Assembly (NCBI GenBank): GCA_965261595.1
Contig: CBDHDG010000003.1
Span: 192,001 to 256,000, forward strand
Direction: 5' to 3'
Source: a bacterium
GTDB taxonomy: Bacteria; UBA8248; JACPRG01; G963555815
Length of the DNA: 64,000 nucleotides
Below, in pieces: positions 19,510-27,946 of the stretch. The translations under genes were made by a program, and so were the position numbers. Position 1 is the stretch's first letter, and each line of letters starts with the position of its first letter. The notes beneath the pieces are model-generated. The model worked only from the letters and a program-made list of their open reading frames with translations, made no database searches and was not told the origin of the DNA.

Positions 19510-20412
19510 ATGGCCATGGATGACCTGATCGCCGCCCAGCTTTTTTCTCTGCTCGCCGCCGTGGTGTTCGCCATCTCGAACATCACCATGAATTATGGGT
19601 TGCGCACCGCGACGCCCTGGACGAGCACGCTGGTCCTGGCGTTGTTCACATTGGGGGTGTTTAGGCCGATTGCTTGGGCCACCACTTCCTTCGGGGAAAT
19701 CCGGGTGGCGGGGCTTTGGATCTTTCTCATCGGGGGCGTCGCCTCGCCGGGGCTGGCCAGGACCCTGCTCACGATGAGCGTTCGGGGAATCGGCCTCTCC
19801 CGGTCGGTGACCATCACAAACGCCGCGCCCCTGTTCTCGGTCTTCATCGCCGTCGCGGCCCTCGGGGAGAGGCCCACGGCACTGGTGTATCTTGGAACGC
19901 TGCTGGTCGTCGGCGGGGTGTCCATGTTGTCTTATAAGCCGGGAGCCGCCGCCCGGGGCGAAGCGGGCCGGAAATTGGCGTGGCCCTACTTCCTGATGTC
20001 CGTTCTGTCCTGCGTGTTGTTGGGCGTCGCCTTCTCCCTTCGGAAGGCGGGGGTTTCCATCCTGCCCAGTTTGAGCTTGGGTCTTTCCGCGACGGCCGTC
20101 GGCGCCTTGATCGTTCTGGGGTTGTGGTGTCCGTTTCTCCCCCCGGAGGAGCGGCTCCGGGTCAGCCGGCGGGATTTCAGGCGCCTGATCAGCAGCGCCC
20201 TCTTCACGAGTCCGGCTCAGCTCTCGATGTTAGCCGCCGTCCAAAGGGGGCCGGTCGCCACCGTGGCGCCGCTCATTTCCACCACCCCGCTTTTCACCCT
20301 GGCCCTGTCCTGGGTGTTGTTTCGGGAGGCGGAACGGATCAATCTTCGGTTGGCGGCGGCCGTGGCGCTTGTCTGCGCGGGCGCCGCGTTGGTGACGATG
20401 GCCCGGACTTGA
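19510..20412 (+). CDS. DMT/EamA family transporter (tandem copy 3)
   Basis: PGLARTLL, ALGERPT, VQRGPVATVAPL, FREAERI. Confidence 0.88.
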   Translation: MAMDDLIAAQLFSLLAAVVFAISNITMNYGLRTATPWTSTLVLALFTLGVFRPIAWATTSFGEIRVAGLWIFLIGGVASPGLARTLLTMSVRGIGLSRSVTITNAAPLFSVFIAVAALGERPTALVYLGTLLVVGGVSMLSYKPGAAARGEAGRKLAWPYFLMSVLSCVLLGVAFSLRKAGVSILPSLSLGLSATAVGALIVLGLWCPFLPPEERLRVSRRDFRRLISSALFTSPAQLSMLAAVQRGPVATVAPLISTTPLFTLALSWVLFREAERINLRLAAAVALVCAGAALVTMART

Positions 20413-20484
20413 CCGGCAAGCCTTGCGCGGTGAGGATTCAGAAACTGCACGGCGGGCCGCGATCGACCCTTTCAACCGTCAAGC

Positions 20485-21364
20485 TTGAGCGAGAGGCCGG
20501 TGTTTGCAGCCCAGAGTTTCGCGATCCTGGCCGCCCTGGCGTGGGCGATCGGCGATTCCTCCGCCCGCGTCGCCTTGCGCACGTCCACCCCCGTTACGGG
20601 GACCCTGACGCTGGGGTTGGTGTCCCTCGCGGTTTGGGGCCCCGTCGCCTGGGGCGCCTTCGATCGTGGGGAGATACAAGTCCGGGGGTTGTTGATTTTT
20701 GTGGTGTCGGGCGTGACGCTGGGTCTCGCCAGAAACCTCCTCAACATGAGCTTTGGAAGGATCGGCCTGGCCCGCTCGACGACGATCGTGTCCTCATCGC
20801 CCCTGATCGCTGTCCTCGTCGCCGCGATTTTCCTGGGAGAAGCCCCTTCTTCTCTGATCTATCTGGGGACGCTCTCGATCATGGGCGGCATCATCTTCCT
20901 GGCGCAAGAGCGGCGGTCCACCGCCCGGGCCTGGGGTGCGGTCCGGCATGATTTCCTGTTCGCCGCGCTCTCCGCCCTGGCCTTCGGGATCACGGTCGTT
21001 CTCCGGAAGGCGGGGGTCTCCCTCGTCCCCAGTCTGAGCCTGGGTCTCTCCACGGCGGCTTTGGGGACGCTGGGGCTCATCGCCGTCTTTTATCCGCTTC
21101 TTCCCCGGACAGAGCGGGTTCAATTCAGTCGTAAGAATTTCGGTTACTTCCTGATCAGCGCGTTCTTCTCGACCCTGAGCCACTTCGCCTTCCCAAAGAG
21201 GGCCCCTGTTCACTGTAGCGCCGCTGGTTTACACGTCCCCCCTTTTCGTCCTGGTCTTTTCGTGGCTTTGGTTCCGGCAGGCCGAGGGGTTGAGTTTTCG
21301 CTTGGCGGCCGGGGTGGTTCTTGTCTGCGCTGGGGCGGCTCTCGTGGCGATGTCGCAGGGGTGA
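20485..21364 (+). pseudogene. DMT/EamA family transporter (tandem copy 4), frameshifted near 21192
   Basis: After HFAF the paralog-like C-terminus QRGPLFTVAPLVYTSPLF...RQAEGLSFRLAAGVVLVCAGAALVAMSQG* continues in the +1 frame, ending at TGA 21362-21364; about 11 nt missing relative to paralogs. Confidence 0.8.
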
Positions 21365-21450
21365 AGTCGAGCGCCCGTTAGGGGGTCGTCGCCCCGTGAG
21401 CAGGGTTCGGAGCGGCCGGGGCTCGCCCGGATCGAGACCGAAGCGCCGCC

Positions 21451-22467
21451 CTACGCCCCCGTGCGGGGTTCAAGTCCGAAGGCTTCGGCGAGGAGCTCAT
21501 AGGACCTGACGCGAGCCGCGAAATCGTGAGTAATCGTCAAGATGACCAGCTCGTCGACAGCGTATTCCTCGGCCAGCGATTCCAGGCGGGCTTTCACTTG
21601 GTCCGGCGTGCCGACGACCGTGCGTTGCCGGTTGGCCTCGACACGGATCCGCTCCTCTTCGCTGTAGGGGTAAGCCAGGGCCTCATCGGGGGAGGGGTAG
21701 GGTCCCAGCTCTCCGCGATCGAGGCGGATGCGCCAAAGGTCGCGGCTGAGGGCGAGTCGCCGCGCTTCTTCTTCGATCTCGGCGCAAATGACGAAGACGC
21801 AAAGGCTCCCCTCCGGTTCTTTCCGCAGCCCGGATGGGTTGAATTGGTCCCGGTAGGCCTGGAGCACCTGGTCCCCCCCCTGCGGGGTGATGAAGTGAGC
21901 GAAGGAGAAGGCGATGCCGAATTGCGCGGCGTACATCGCGCTTTGGGCGCTCGATCCCAAAAGCCAGACCTCGGGGATGGACGGCGCCTTGGGCGTCGCC
22001 CGGACGCCGGAAAAAGCCTCCGTCGCCGGAGTGGAATCCTCCAGGAAGGCGACCAGGTCGGCAATCCGCGCCGGGAAGTATTCGATGCCGACCTGTGAGC
22101 CGTAGGCAAGCGCCCGGGCGGTGCGCGTGTCGCTGCCGGGGGCCCGGCCGATCCCGAGGTCGATCCGGCCCGGGTAGAGGAGCTCGAGCAGACGGAAGGT
22201 TTCCGCGACCTTCAGCGGGCTGTAGTGGCTCAGCATGACGCCCCCCGATCCGACCCGGATATCGCGGGTGGCGGCGGCGACGCGGGCGACGAGGATCTCC
22301 GGCGCGGAACCCGCGAACCCGTCGGTGCCGTGGTGCTCGGCCAGCCAATAGCGGCGATAGCCGAGCCGCTCCACCGCCTGCGCGAGCCGAACGGTCTCCT
22401 GAACGGCGTCCGAGGGGGTCCCCCCGCTGCGAACGGGTGATTGGTCGAGGGCGCTGAGATGAATCAT
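21451..22467 (-). CDS. LLM class flavin-dependent oxidoreductase (luciferase-like)
   Basis: LSALDQSP, YWLAEHH, IRVGSGGVMLSHYSPLKVAETF, PGRIDLGIGRAPG and WLLGSS motifs. Confidence 0.93.
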   Translation of the reverse strand: MIHLSALDQSPVRSGGTPSDAVQETVRLAQAVERLGYRRYWLAEHHGTDGFAGSAPEILVARVAAATRDIRVGSGGVMLSHYSPLKVAETFRLLELLYPGRIDLGIGRAPGSDTRTARALAYGSQVGIEYFPARIADLVAFLEDSTPATEAFSGVRATPKAPSIPEVWLLGSSAQSAMYAAQFGIAFSFAHFITPQGGDQVLQAYRDQFNPSGLRKEPEGSLCVFVICAEIEEEARRLALSRDLWRIRLDRGELGPYPSPDEALAYPYSEEERIRVEANRQRTVVGTPDQVKARLESLAEEYAVDELVILTITHDFAARVRSYELLAEAFGLEPRTGA

Positions 22468-22612
22468 GGAGTACGCACAGCCGCTGGAGGACGAATCCTC
22501 GAATCGTGGTGAACATCCGGTCACAAGAAAATTCAGCTTAACAGATGTGATTATAAAGGATTGTTGGGCCGATCCGGAGAGGCGTTCAAGAACGGGGGGA
22601 CGCGGGGATTCC

Positions 22613-22658
22613 CCAGGATCTTATTGAAAGAAGTTCCAGGATCTTATTGAAAGAAGTT
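22613..22658. repeat. Perfect 23-bp tandem duplication in a divergent intergenic region
   Basis: CCAGGATCTTATTGAAAGAAGTT at 22613-22635 and 22636-22658. Confidence 0.9.
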
Positions 22659-22850
22659 GGGGACTGTGGTTAAATAACAAGTAAATCGCATCAAAGGTGG
22701 AAAATCTTAGCGGTCTCAGTCCAGGCATATGCATGTGTTCCGCGGATGCCCGCTGTTGAAATCTCCGGACGCGCCGGAGAGGATTGGGGGAGGGGCCGAG
22801 CGGCTCGATCCGGGCGCCCTTCCCAGGTGATGCCACAGGAGGGAAAAACA

Positions 22851-23864
22851 ATGAGGTATCTGTTGAAAGTCGCCGGGTTGTTTGTCGTCTTGTCTTTCCT
22901 GATGACGGGTTCCGCCCCGGCGGCCAAGAAGCTGAACTTCACGATGGACTGGATCATTTACTCGGCGCATACTTTCGCCGTCGCGGCCGATAAGCTGGGA
23001 TACTATAAGGAGGCGGGGCTGAATGTCAGCATTCGCCGCGGGTTTGGCTCGACCGACACCATCAAGAAGGTCGGCGTCGGACAGGCCGATTTCGGAATGG
23101 CGGACACGGGCAGTCTGATCGTAGCGCGGACCAAAGGTGTCAAAGCGAAGGAGCTCGGGGTCCTTTACGCGAGGGCGCCGTACGAGCTTGCTTGTTTGAA
23201 GAAGAGGGGAATCGAGAAACCGAAGGATATCGAAGGGAAGATCATGGGGACCAACATCGGGACCTCCGTCTACACCCTCTTCCCCGCGTTTGCCAGAGCG
23301 TCGGGTGTGGATCAGTCCAAGGTCAAATGGGCCTTTATCCAACCCAGCGCCATCATTCCCAGCCTGGTGGCGGGGAAGATCGATTGCGCCTTCGTGTACG
23401 CGAACAATCGTCCCATCGCCGTCAACAACGTCAGGAAGGCCGGCCAGGGTGAGATCACGGTCCTCGCCTACGCCGATCACGGTGTGGACATCTACGCCAA
23501 CGGTCTCATCACCCAGGATGAGCGCATCGCCAACAATCCCGACCAGGTCCGGAGATTCGTGGAGGCCAGCTTCAAGGGGGTCGCGTGGGTCGTCGAAAAC
23601 CCGAAAAAGGGATTGCAGATCGTTCTGGACCGTTTCCCTTCCCTGAACCGTCAGAACAACCTGGAAGGCTTGAGAGTCAGCTTGGACTTGCTTTTGACGG
23701 ATGAGACCGAAAAATACGGCATCGGCTGGATGTCCCGGGAAAAAGTCAAAAGAACCCGGGACCTTACCACCAAGTACATGAAGCTGAAGACGGTGGTGCC
23801 GATTGATGACATTTACACGATGAAGTTCCTGCCGAAGCTCTTCCCCAAGAGGGGCGAGCTATAA
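22851..23864 (+). CDS. ABC transporter substrate-binding protein, NMT1/THI5-like
   Basis: Signal peptide; NFTMDW, GYYKEAGLNVSIRRGFGS, ADFGMAD, PKDIEGK and DIYANGLIT motifs; RBS GGAGGG. Confidence 0.88.
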   Translation: MRYLLKVAGLFVVLSFLMTGSAPAAKKLNFTMDWIIYSAHTFAVAADKLGYYKEAGLNVSIRRGFGSTDTIKKVGVGQADFGMADTGSLIVARTKGVKAKELGVLYARAPYELACLKKRGIEKPKDIEGKIMGTNIGTSVYTLFPAFARASGVDQSKVKWAFIQPSAIIPSLVAGKIDCAFVYANNRPIAVNNVRKAGQGEITVLAYADHGVDIYANGLITQDERIANNPDQVRRFVEASFKGVAWVVENPKKGLQIVLDRFPSLNRQNNLEGLRVSLDLLLTDETEKYGIGWMSREKVKRTRDLTTKYMKLKTVVPIDDIYTMKFLPKLFPKRGEL

Positions 23865-23904
23865 AGAGACTTCACCTTTCAAGGCTTTGAGATTCGGTTC
23901 GGAG

Positions 23905-23937
23905 TCCGGAGGGCGCGCCGCACGCGCGCCTTCCGGA
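23905..23937 (+). terminator. GC-rich hairpin downstream of the binding-protein gene
   Basis: TCCGGAGGGCGCG-CCGCACG-CGCGCCTTCCGGA; a near-identical hairpin lies at 30479-30509 after the paralog's 3' end; no U tail. Confidence 0.5.
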
Positions 23938-23973
23938 TGAGGAATCTTGATGTCCTCCATCCCGTTCCTCTAA

Positions 23974-24301
23974 CCTCTATTTCTCACAAAGAGAATTTTG
24001 AACCTCGGATGGGCCAGTGAGCTGGTTGCCTTTCAATACATTGCCCGATGCGAGCGAGTTGCTTGGCTGAAACACCCCGTTCTCTGCGCGGGCGTGTGAC
24101 GGGCCGGTACGGGGACCACCGAGGCGGTGGCACCGTCCGGCCCCTGCGACGAAAAACCCTGTTTACCCGTAGGGGCGGGTCCCCGTACCCGCCCGCAAAG
24201 ACGGTCGTTGCGAGTATCCGCTACACTCCGCCGAACAAGGCGGCCGGTGCGATCTCTGCGGCAAGCAGAGCACGAGACCATCGGTTGGTGAGAAATCCAG
24301 G
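23974..24301. mobile_element. 328-bp non-autonomous MITE with IS1380-like ends and internal REP-like hairpins
   Basis: Left end CCTCTATTTCTCACAAA, right end (reverse complement) CCTGGATTTCTCACCAA, flanked by CTAA direct repeats (23970-23973, 24302-24305); no transposase ORF. Confidence 0.7.
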
Positions 24302-24417
24302 CTAATCGTTGACATGGGATTTTGAGCGTGAGTCACCCGGCTCGCGCGAAGGATCTTGCGTTTTGTGGCGCCGAATGCCGGATCAAGCCGGGGGAAGGGC
24401 GGGGGGAGACCCTTGTA

Positions 24418-24449
24418 TCGGTTGACCCCCCGGGTCGGTTGACCCCCCG
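24418..24449. repeat. 15-bp direct repeat with 17-bp period
   Basis: TCGGTTGACCCCCCG at 24418 and 24435. Confidence 0.75.
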
Positions 24450-24758
24450 CTTTGATGCGTCATCCGGCCTTCCCTTTCGGACGTTGCTCGCCCGTCGCTC
24501 AGGGTGAAAAGGGCGTCGATTATTTATCGCTTCCCGTAAGACCTTCCGCGGAATGTCGTTGATCCGGTTCAATCCTGTGGTACACTTTTGGTTCGTTTTA
24601 TCCAAGGATAGTGAGTCCCAACAGTTTCAGTAGGGGCATGTGTCTTTGATGCGCATATGCCTTGAAGGAAATCTGCGGATGGCCGGAGATGGTTTTTTGG
24701 AGGGACGCTGAGCCTCTTAAGAGAGGACGCATCCGACACCGTGACCAAGGAGGGAGAA

Positions 24759-24919
24759 ATGAGACATCTGTTGAGAGCGGCCGGTTTGTTCGTTGCTTTG
24801 TCTTTCCTGATGTCGGCCTCCGCCCTGGCGGGCGAGAAGCTGAACTTCACGCTGGACTGGGTCATCAACGCGCCCCACTCGTATTTTATCTCGGCCAAAA
24901 AATTGGGTTATTACAAAAA
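24759..24919 (+). pseudogene. 5' fragment of a second NMT1/THI5-like binding protein, truncated by the IS1595 element
   Basis: MRHLLRAAGLFVALSFLM...KLNFTLDWVINAPHSYFISAKKLGYYK aligns with the N-terminus of 22851..23864 and stops at the inverted repeat. Confidence 0.88.
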
Positions 24920-24963
24920 GGGAATTATATACTTGAATCCCAAAAATGCCGGTAGTGTCTCAG

Positions 24964-25152
24964 TCACATGGGCTCCAATCCTATCGGGACAACGACTTCG
25001 AGTGGGTTCCCGTAGAAGCACTGCTCAAACAATTCTCTCTTCAAGTCCAGTCGGTCAATGAATCCCATCGGCCTGCGAATACACCCACACATGGCGGCCT
25101 CATCAAATAGACGGTCCTCAAGGTACAGGCGGGTTTCATGGTCTGCTGTCAT
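24964..25152 (-). CDS. Small hypothetical protein at the left end of the IS1595 element
   Basis: 62-aa ORF with a good RBS (AAGGAG on the minus strand) upstream of ATG. Confidence 0.45.
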   Translation of the reverse strand: MTADHETRLYLEDRLFDEAAMCGCIRRPMGFIDRLDLKRELFEQCFYGNPLEVVVPIGLEPM

Positions 25153-25194
25153 GGCACTTCTCCTTTTGGGCGCACTGCGCCCGCAAAAAGAGTG

Positions 25195-25223
25195 TTGACA
25201 GCTTCTTGGAAGGAGTCTAAATT
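25195..25223 (+). promoter_or_regulatory. Sigma70-like promoter inside the IS1595 left arm
   Basis: TTGACA-17 bp-TAAATT. Confidence 0.55.
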
Positions 25224-25296
25224 GAAGGATGTTGTGTTTCCTTCAATGAGACTCTCAGCCAATCGGCTGCCTGAAAAGCCTTCTTCCACGGAAGGC

Positions 25297-26739
25297 GAGG
25301 GTGTCCCGAATTCAGTTGAAGGTTTGAGGCGGCGGTCCGTGTGTGGTTCACCTTATGCGACCTCCTCTCGGGTGTCAAAGCGGGGCTCGTCCAGAACGGC
25401 CTTCAGGATCCACAGGTCCCGGTAGCCGTCCAGGCGACGGAAGTTCTTCTCGGTGGCGAGGAAGGCGGAAGCGGCCCACCTTTTCACCATCGCCCCGTCC
25501 CGCCAGCGGCCGACGCGCCGGGTGCGCATCCGCACCCCCGAACAGGGACTCTCGATCAGGTTCGTGCTCACCAGGCAGCGCCGAAGGCCGGGCGGAAGAG
25601 CCAAGCGGTTGACGGTGAAGATCTCCTCCAGACCCTCCAAAAGGCTGGCGGCCGCGTCCGGATGCTCGATCTGAAGCCACCGGGCCTGCTTGCGCAGACG
25701 GGCAATCCCCTCCTTCGGCGCCAGCCGCCAGGCCGCCTTCATCGTCGCCTTCACCGGATCCTTCAACTCCTCGGGCAGGTGGTCCATCACGTTCTTCACC
25801 TTGTGGTTGCGGCACCGCTGCACCGGATTGTCGTCCCCGTACACCCGGTCAATCGCCGCACGAAGCGCCCTCGAGCCGTCGATGACAAAAAGCCGACGCC
25901 GCCCGGGCCGCACGCCGCGCTCCACCAACTCCTCAAGAAGCGCCGTCACGACCGTGGCGTTCTCGGTGGCGCCCGACCTCAGGCCCAGAACGTGCTTTTG
26001 GCCCCGTGTGTCCACCCCAACGGCCACGATGACGTGATGCGCGCCGAAGCGCAGACCGTCCAGGTAGAGGATGAGGAGGTCGATGTCGTCAAAACGCCGC
26101 TCACAAAGACGCCGCAGCTTCGCCTCGGCCGCCTCGATGCTCTCCCGGCTCACGGCCGACTTCGACACCCCCACCGTCTCGGCCAGCTCGGGAAGAACGG
26201 CCGCGTAGTTCCGCGTCGAGACCCCTCGCATCAGCAAATCCAGCATCCGCTCCCCCAGCCCGGGGTCGGCCTGCATGGCCGCATACGCCGGCACCTCCAC
26301 CTCCCCGCCCCGACCCTGGCCCCGGCGGCGAAGCCGCGGCTTTCTCACCTTCAGCTTGCGCCCCTTCAGGGTCACCCGGCCCCCCTGGCTGCCGTGCCGG
26401 CGGACCTCGCCACCCCGCTTGCCTGGATGCGGCGCGCCCGTCAAGCCCTTGGCCGACAGCAAAAGCACGGCCTCCAGGCCCGCCCGGCCCATGACGTCCA
26501 TCAGGTCCTCCACCGCCAGTTGGGACTGCTCCACCAGCGACACCAGAGGAAAAAACGCCTGCCCGTGCTCCGCCACAAAGGCGGCCAACCTTTGGGTCTC
26601 TTTCTTCTCGATGATCTGGTAAGCTTCACTCATGGCGGTTCCTCCTCTTTGAATGTTTGCCAACCCGATTCTAACCGAGTCGGCAGGAGTGAACCGCCAC
26701 CTCTTTTTCTCAACCTTCAACTATGAATGGGACAGGCTC
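25297..26739 (-). mobile_element. IS256-family insertion sequence nested in the IS1595 element
   Basis: Imperfect IRs GAGGGTGTCCCGAATTCAGTTGAAGG / GAGCCTGTCCCATTCATAGTTGAAGG; 8-bp target duplication CGGAAGGC (25289-25296, 26740-26747). Confidence 0.93.
25353..26633 (-). CDS. IS256 family transposase
   Basis: GVSTRNY, VSKSAVSR, LYLDG, FVIDGSRAL, QRCRNHK and STNLIES (DDE) motifs. Confidence 0.95.
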   Translation of the reverse strand: MSEAYQIIEKKETQRLAAFVAEHGQAFFPLVSLVEQSQLAVEDLMDVMGRAGLEAVLLLSAKGLTGAPHPGKRGGEVRRHGSQGGRVTLKGRKLKVRKPRLRRRGQGRGGEVEVPAYAAMQADPGLGERMLDLLMRGVSTRNYAAVLPELAETVGVSKSAVSRESIEAAEAKLRRLCERRFDDIDLLILYLDGLRFGAHHVIVAVGVDTRGQKHVLGLRSGATENATVVTALLEELVERGVRPGRRRLFVIDGSRALRAAIDRVYGDDNPVQRCRNHKVKNVMDHLPEELKDPVKATMKAAWRLAPKEGIARLRKQARWLQIEHPDAAASLLEGLEEIFTVNRLALPPGLRRCLVSTNLIESPCSGVRMRTRRVGRWRDGAMVKRWAASAFLATEKNFRRLDGYRDLWILKAVLDEPRFDTREEVA

Positions 26740-26828
26740 CGGAAGGCTTTTTTGGGTCTAGGCCAATCAGGCCCTTTTGTCAATCCTTCCTACTGCTTCC
26801 CGGCGTTATCCACCGCCCACAAAAGTGC

Positions 26829-26858
26829 TTGACACCCTTTGGGATTTGTTGGTACAAT
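26829..26858 (+). promoter_or_regulatory. Sigma70-like promoter for the IS1595 transposase
   Basis: TTGACA-18 bp-TACAAT with extended -10 TG; followed by RBS GGAGG and ATG at 26884. Confidence 0.6.
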
Positions 26859-26883
26859 GGCCTCCTGAATGGGAGGAAGGGCA

Positions 26884-27840
26884 ATGGCTAAGAAGGGACC
26901 GGGCAAGCACTTCAGGCAAGGAATCACGACCCGTCAATTCTACTCTATGTTCGACGAGGCCACGGCGGAAGAGTGGTTCATCCAGCAGCGTTGGCCGAAC
27001 GGCGTCTGTTGCCCTGACTGCGGCTCGCTGAACGTCAACCTCAAATCCAAACACAAGACGATGCCTTTCCGTTGTCGGGAGAAGGGCTGCTACAAGCAGT
27101 TCAGCGTGAAGGTCGGAACCTTCATGCATTCCAGCCCGCTCGATTATGTCGATTGGCTCTATGTCCTGTATCTCGTATCAACGAACCTCAAGGGCGTTTC
27201 ATCCATGCGGTTGCACCGTGACCTGGGCCGGACACAGAAGACGGCCTGGCACGTTGCCCATCGGGTTCGGAAGCTCATGGATCAGGGCAAGCCGTTGTTC
27301 TCCGGCCCGGTCGAAGTCGATGAAACTTTCGTCGGCGGCAAGCGGAAGAACATGAGGCCGGAGAAGCGGAAAAGCTTGATGGGCCGGGGGGCGGTCGGTA
27401 AGGTTGCCGTTGCAGGGATGAGAGATCGGGCCACGGGACAGGTTTCCGCTCAACCTGTACCTGACACAACGGGCGAAACGTTGAGCGGGTTCATTGCGGA
27501 CCGGTCGGTTCCTGGGGTGAAGGTTTTCACCGATGACGCAGTAGCATACAAGCACCTCCCGAACCATGAGTCCGTAAAACATTCAGTTTCCGAATACGTC
27601 CGGGGGGACGTGCACACGAATGGCGTCGAATCCTTTTGGGCGGGATTCAAGCGGGGTCACTACGGAACGTTCCACCGGATGGGTCCGAAACATCTGCACC
27701 GATATGTCGATGAATTTGTCGGACGGCACAACATCCGCGACCTCGACACGCTGGACCAGATGGCGGCGATAGCCAAGAGGATGCACGGGACGCGGCCCAG
27801 CTACAAGGCTCTGGTGGAGGGTGTCCGAAAAGGGTCTTGA
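26884..27840 (+). CDS. IS1595 family transposase
   Basis: RWPNGVCCPDCGS Zn ribbon, KQFSVKVGT, KGVSS, QKTAW, GPVEVDETFVGG, FTDD, HTNGVESFW and YVDEF motifs. Confidence 0.95.
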   Translation: MAKKGPGKHFRQGITTRQFYSMFDEATAEEWFIQQRWPNGVCCPDCGSLNVNLKSKHKTMPFRCREKGCYKQFSVKVGTFMHSSPLDYVDWLYVLYLVSTNLKGVSSMRLHRDLGRTQKTAWHVAHRVRKLMDQGKPLFSGPVEVDETFVGGKRKNMRPEKRKSLMGRGAVGKVAVAGMRDRATGQVSAQPVPDTTGETLSGFIADRSVPGVKVFTDDAVAYKHLPNHESVKHSVSEYVRGDVHTNGVESFWAGFKRGHYGTFHRMGPKHLHRYVDEFVGRHNIRDLDTLDQMAAIAKRMHGTRPSYKALVEGVRKGS

Positions 27841-27946
27841 CACACTATGGCACATTGTGGCACCATCTTTAGAGCTGATGTTCGATTTGGGAGAGACTCA
27901 AGGCGAGCAGCTCAGAATGACACAAATCCATTGGGAGGTAACAGAA

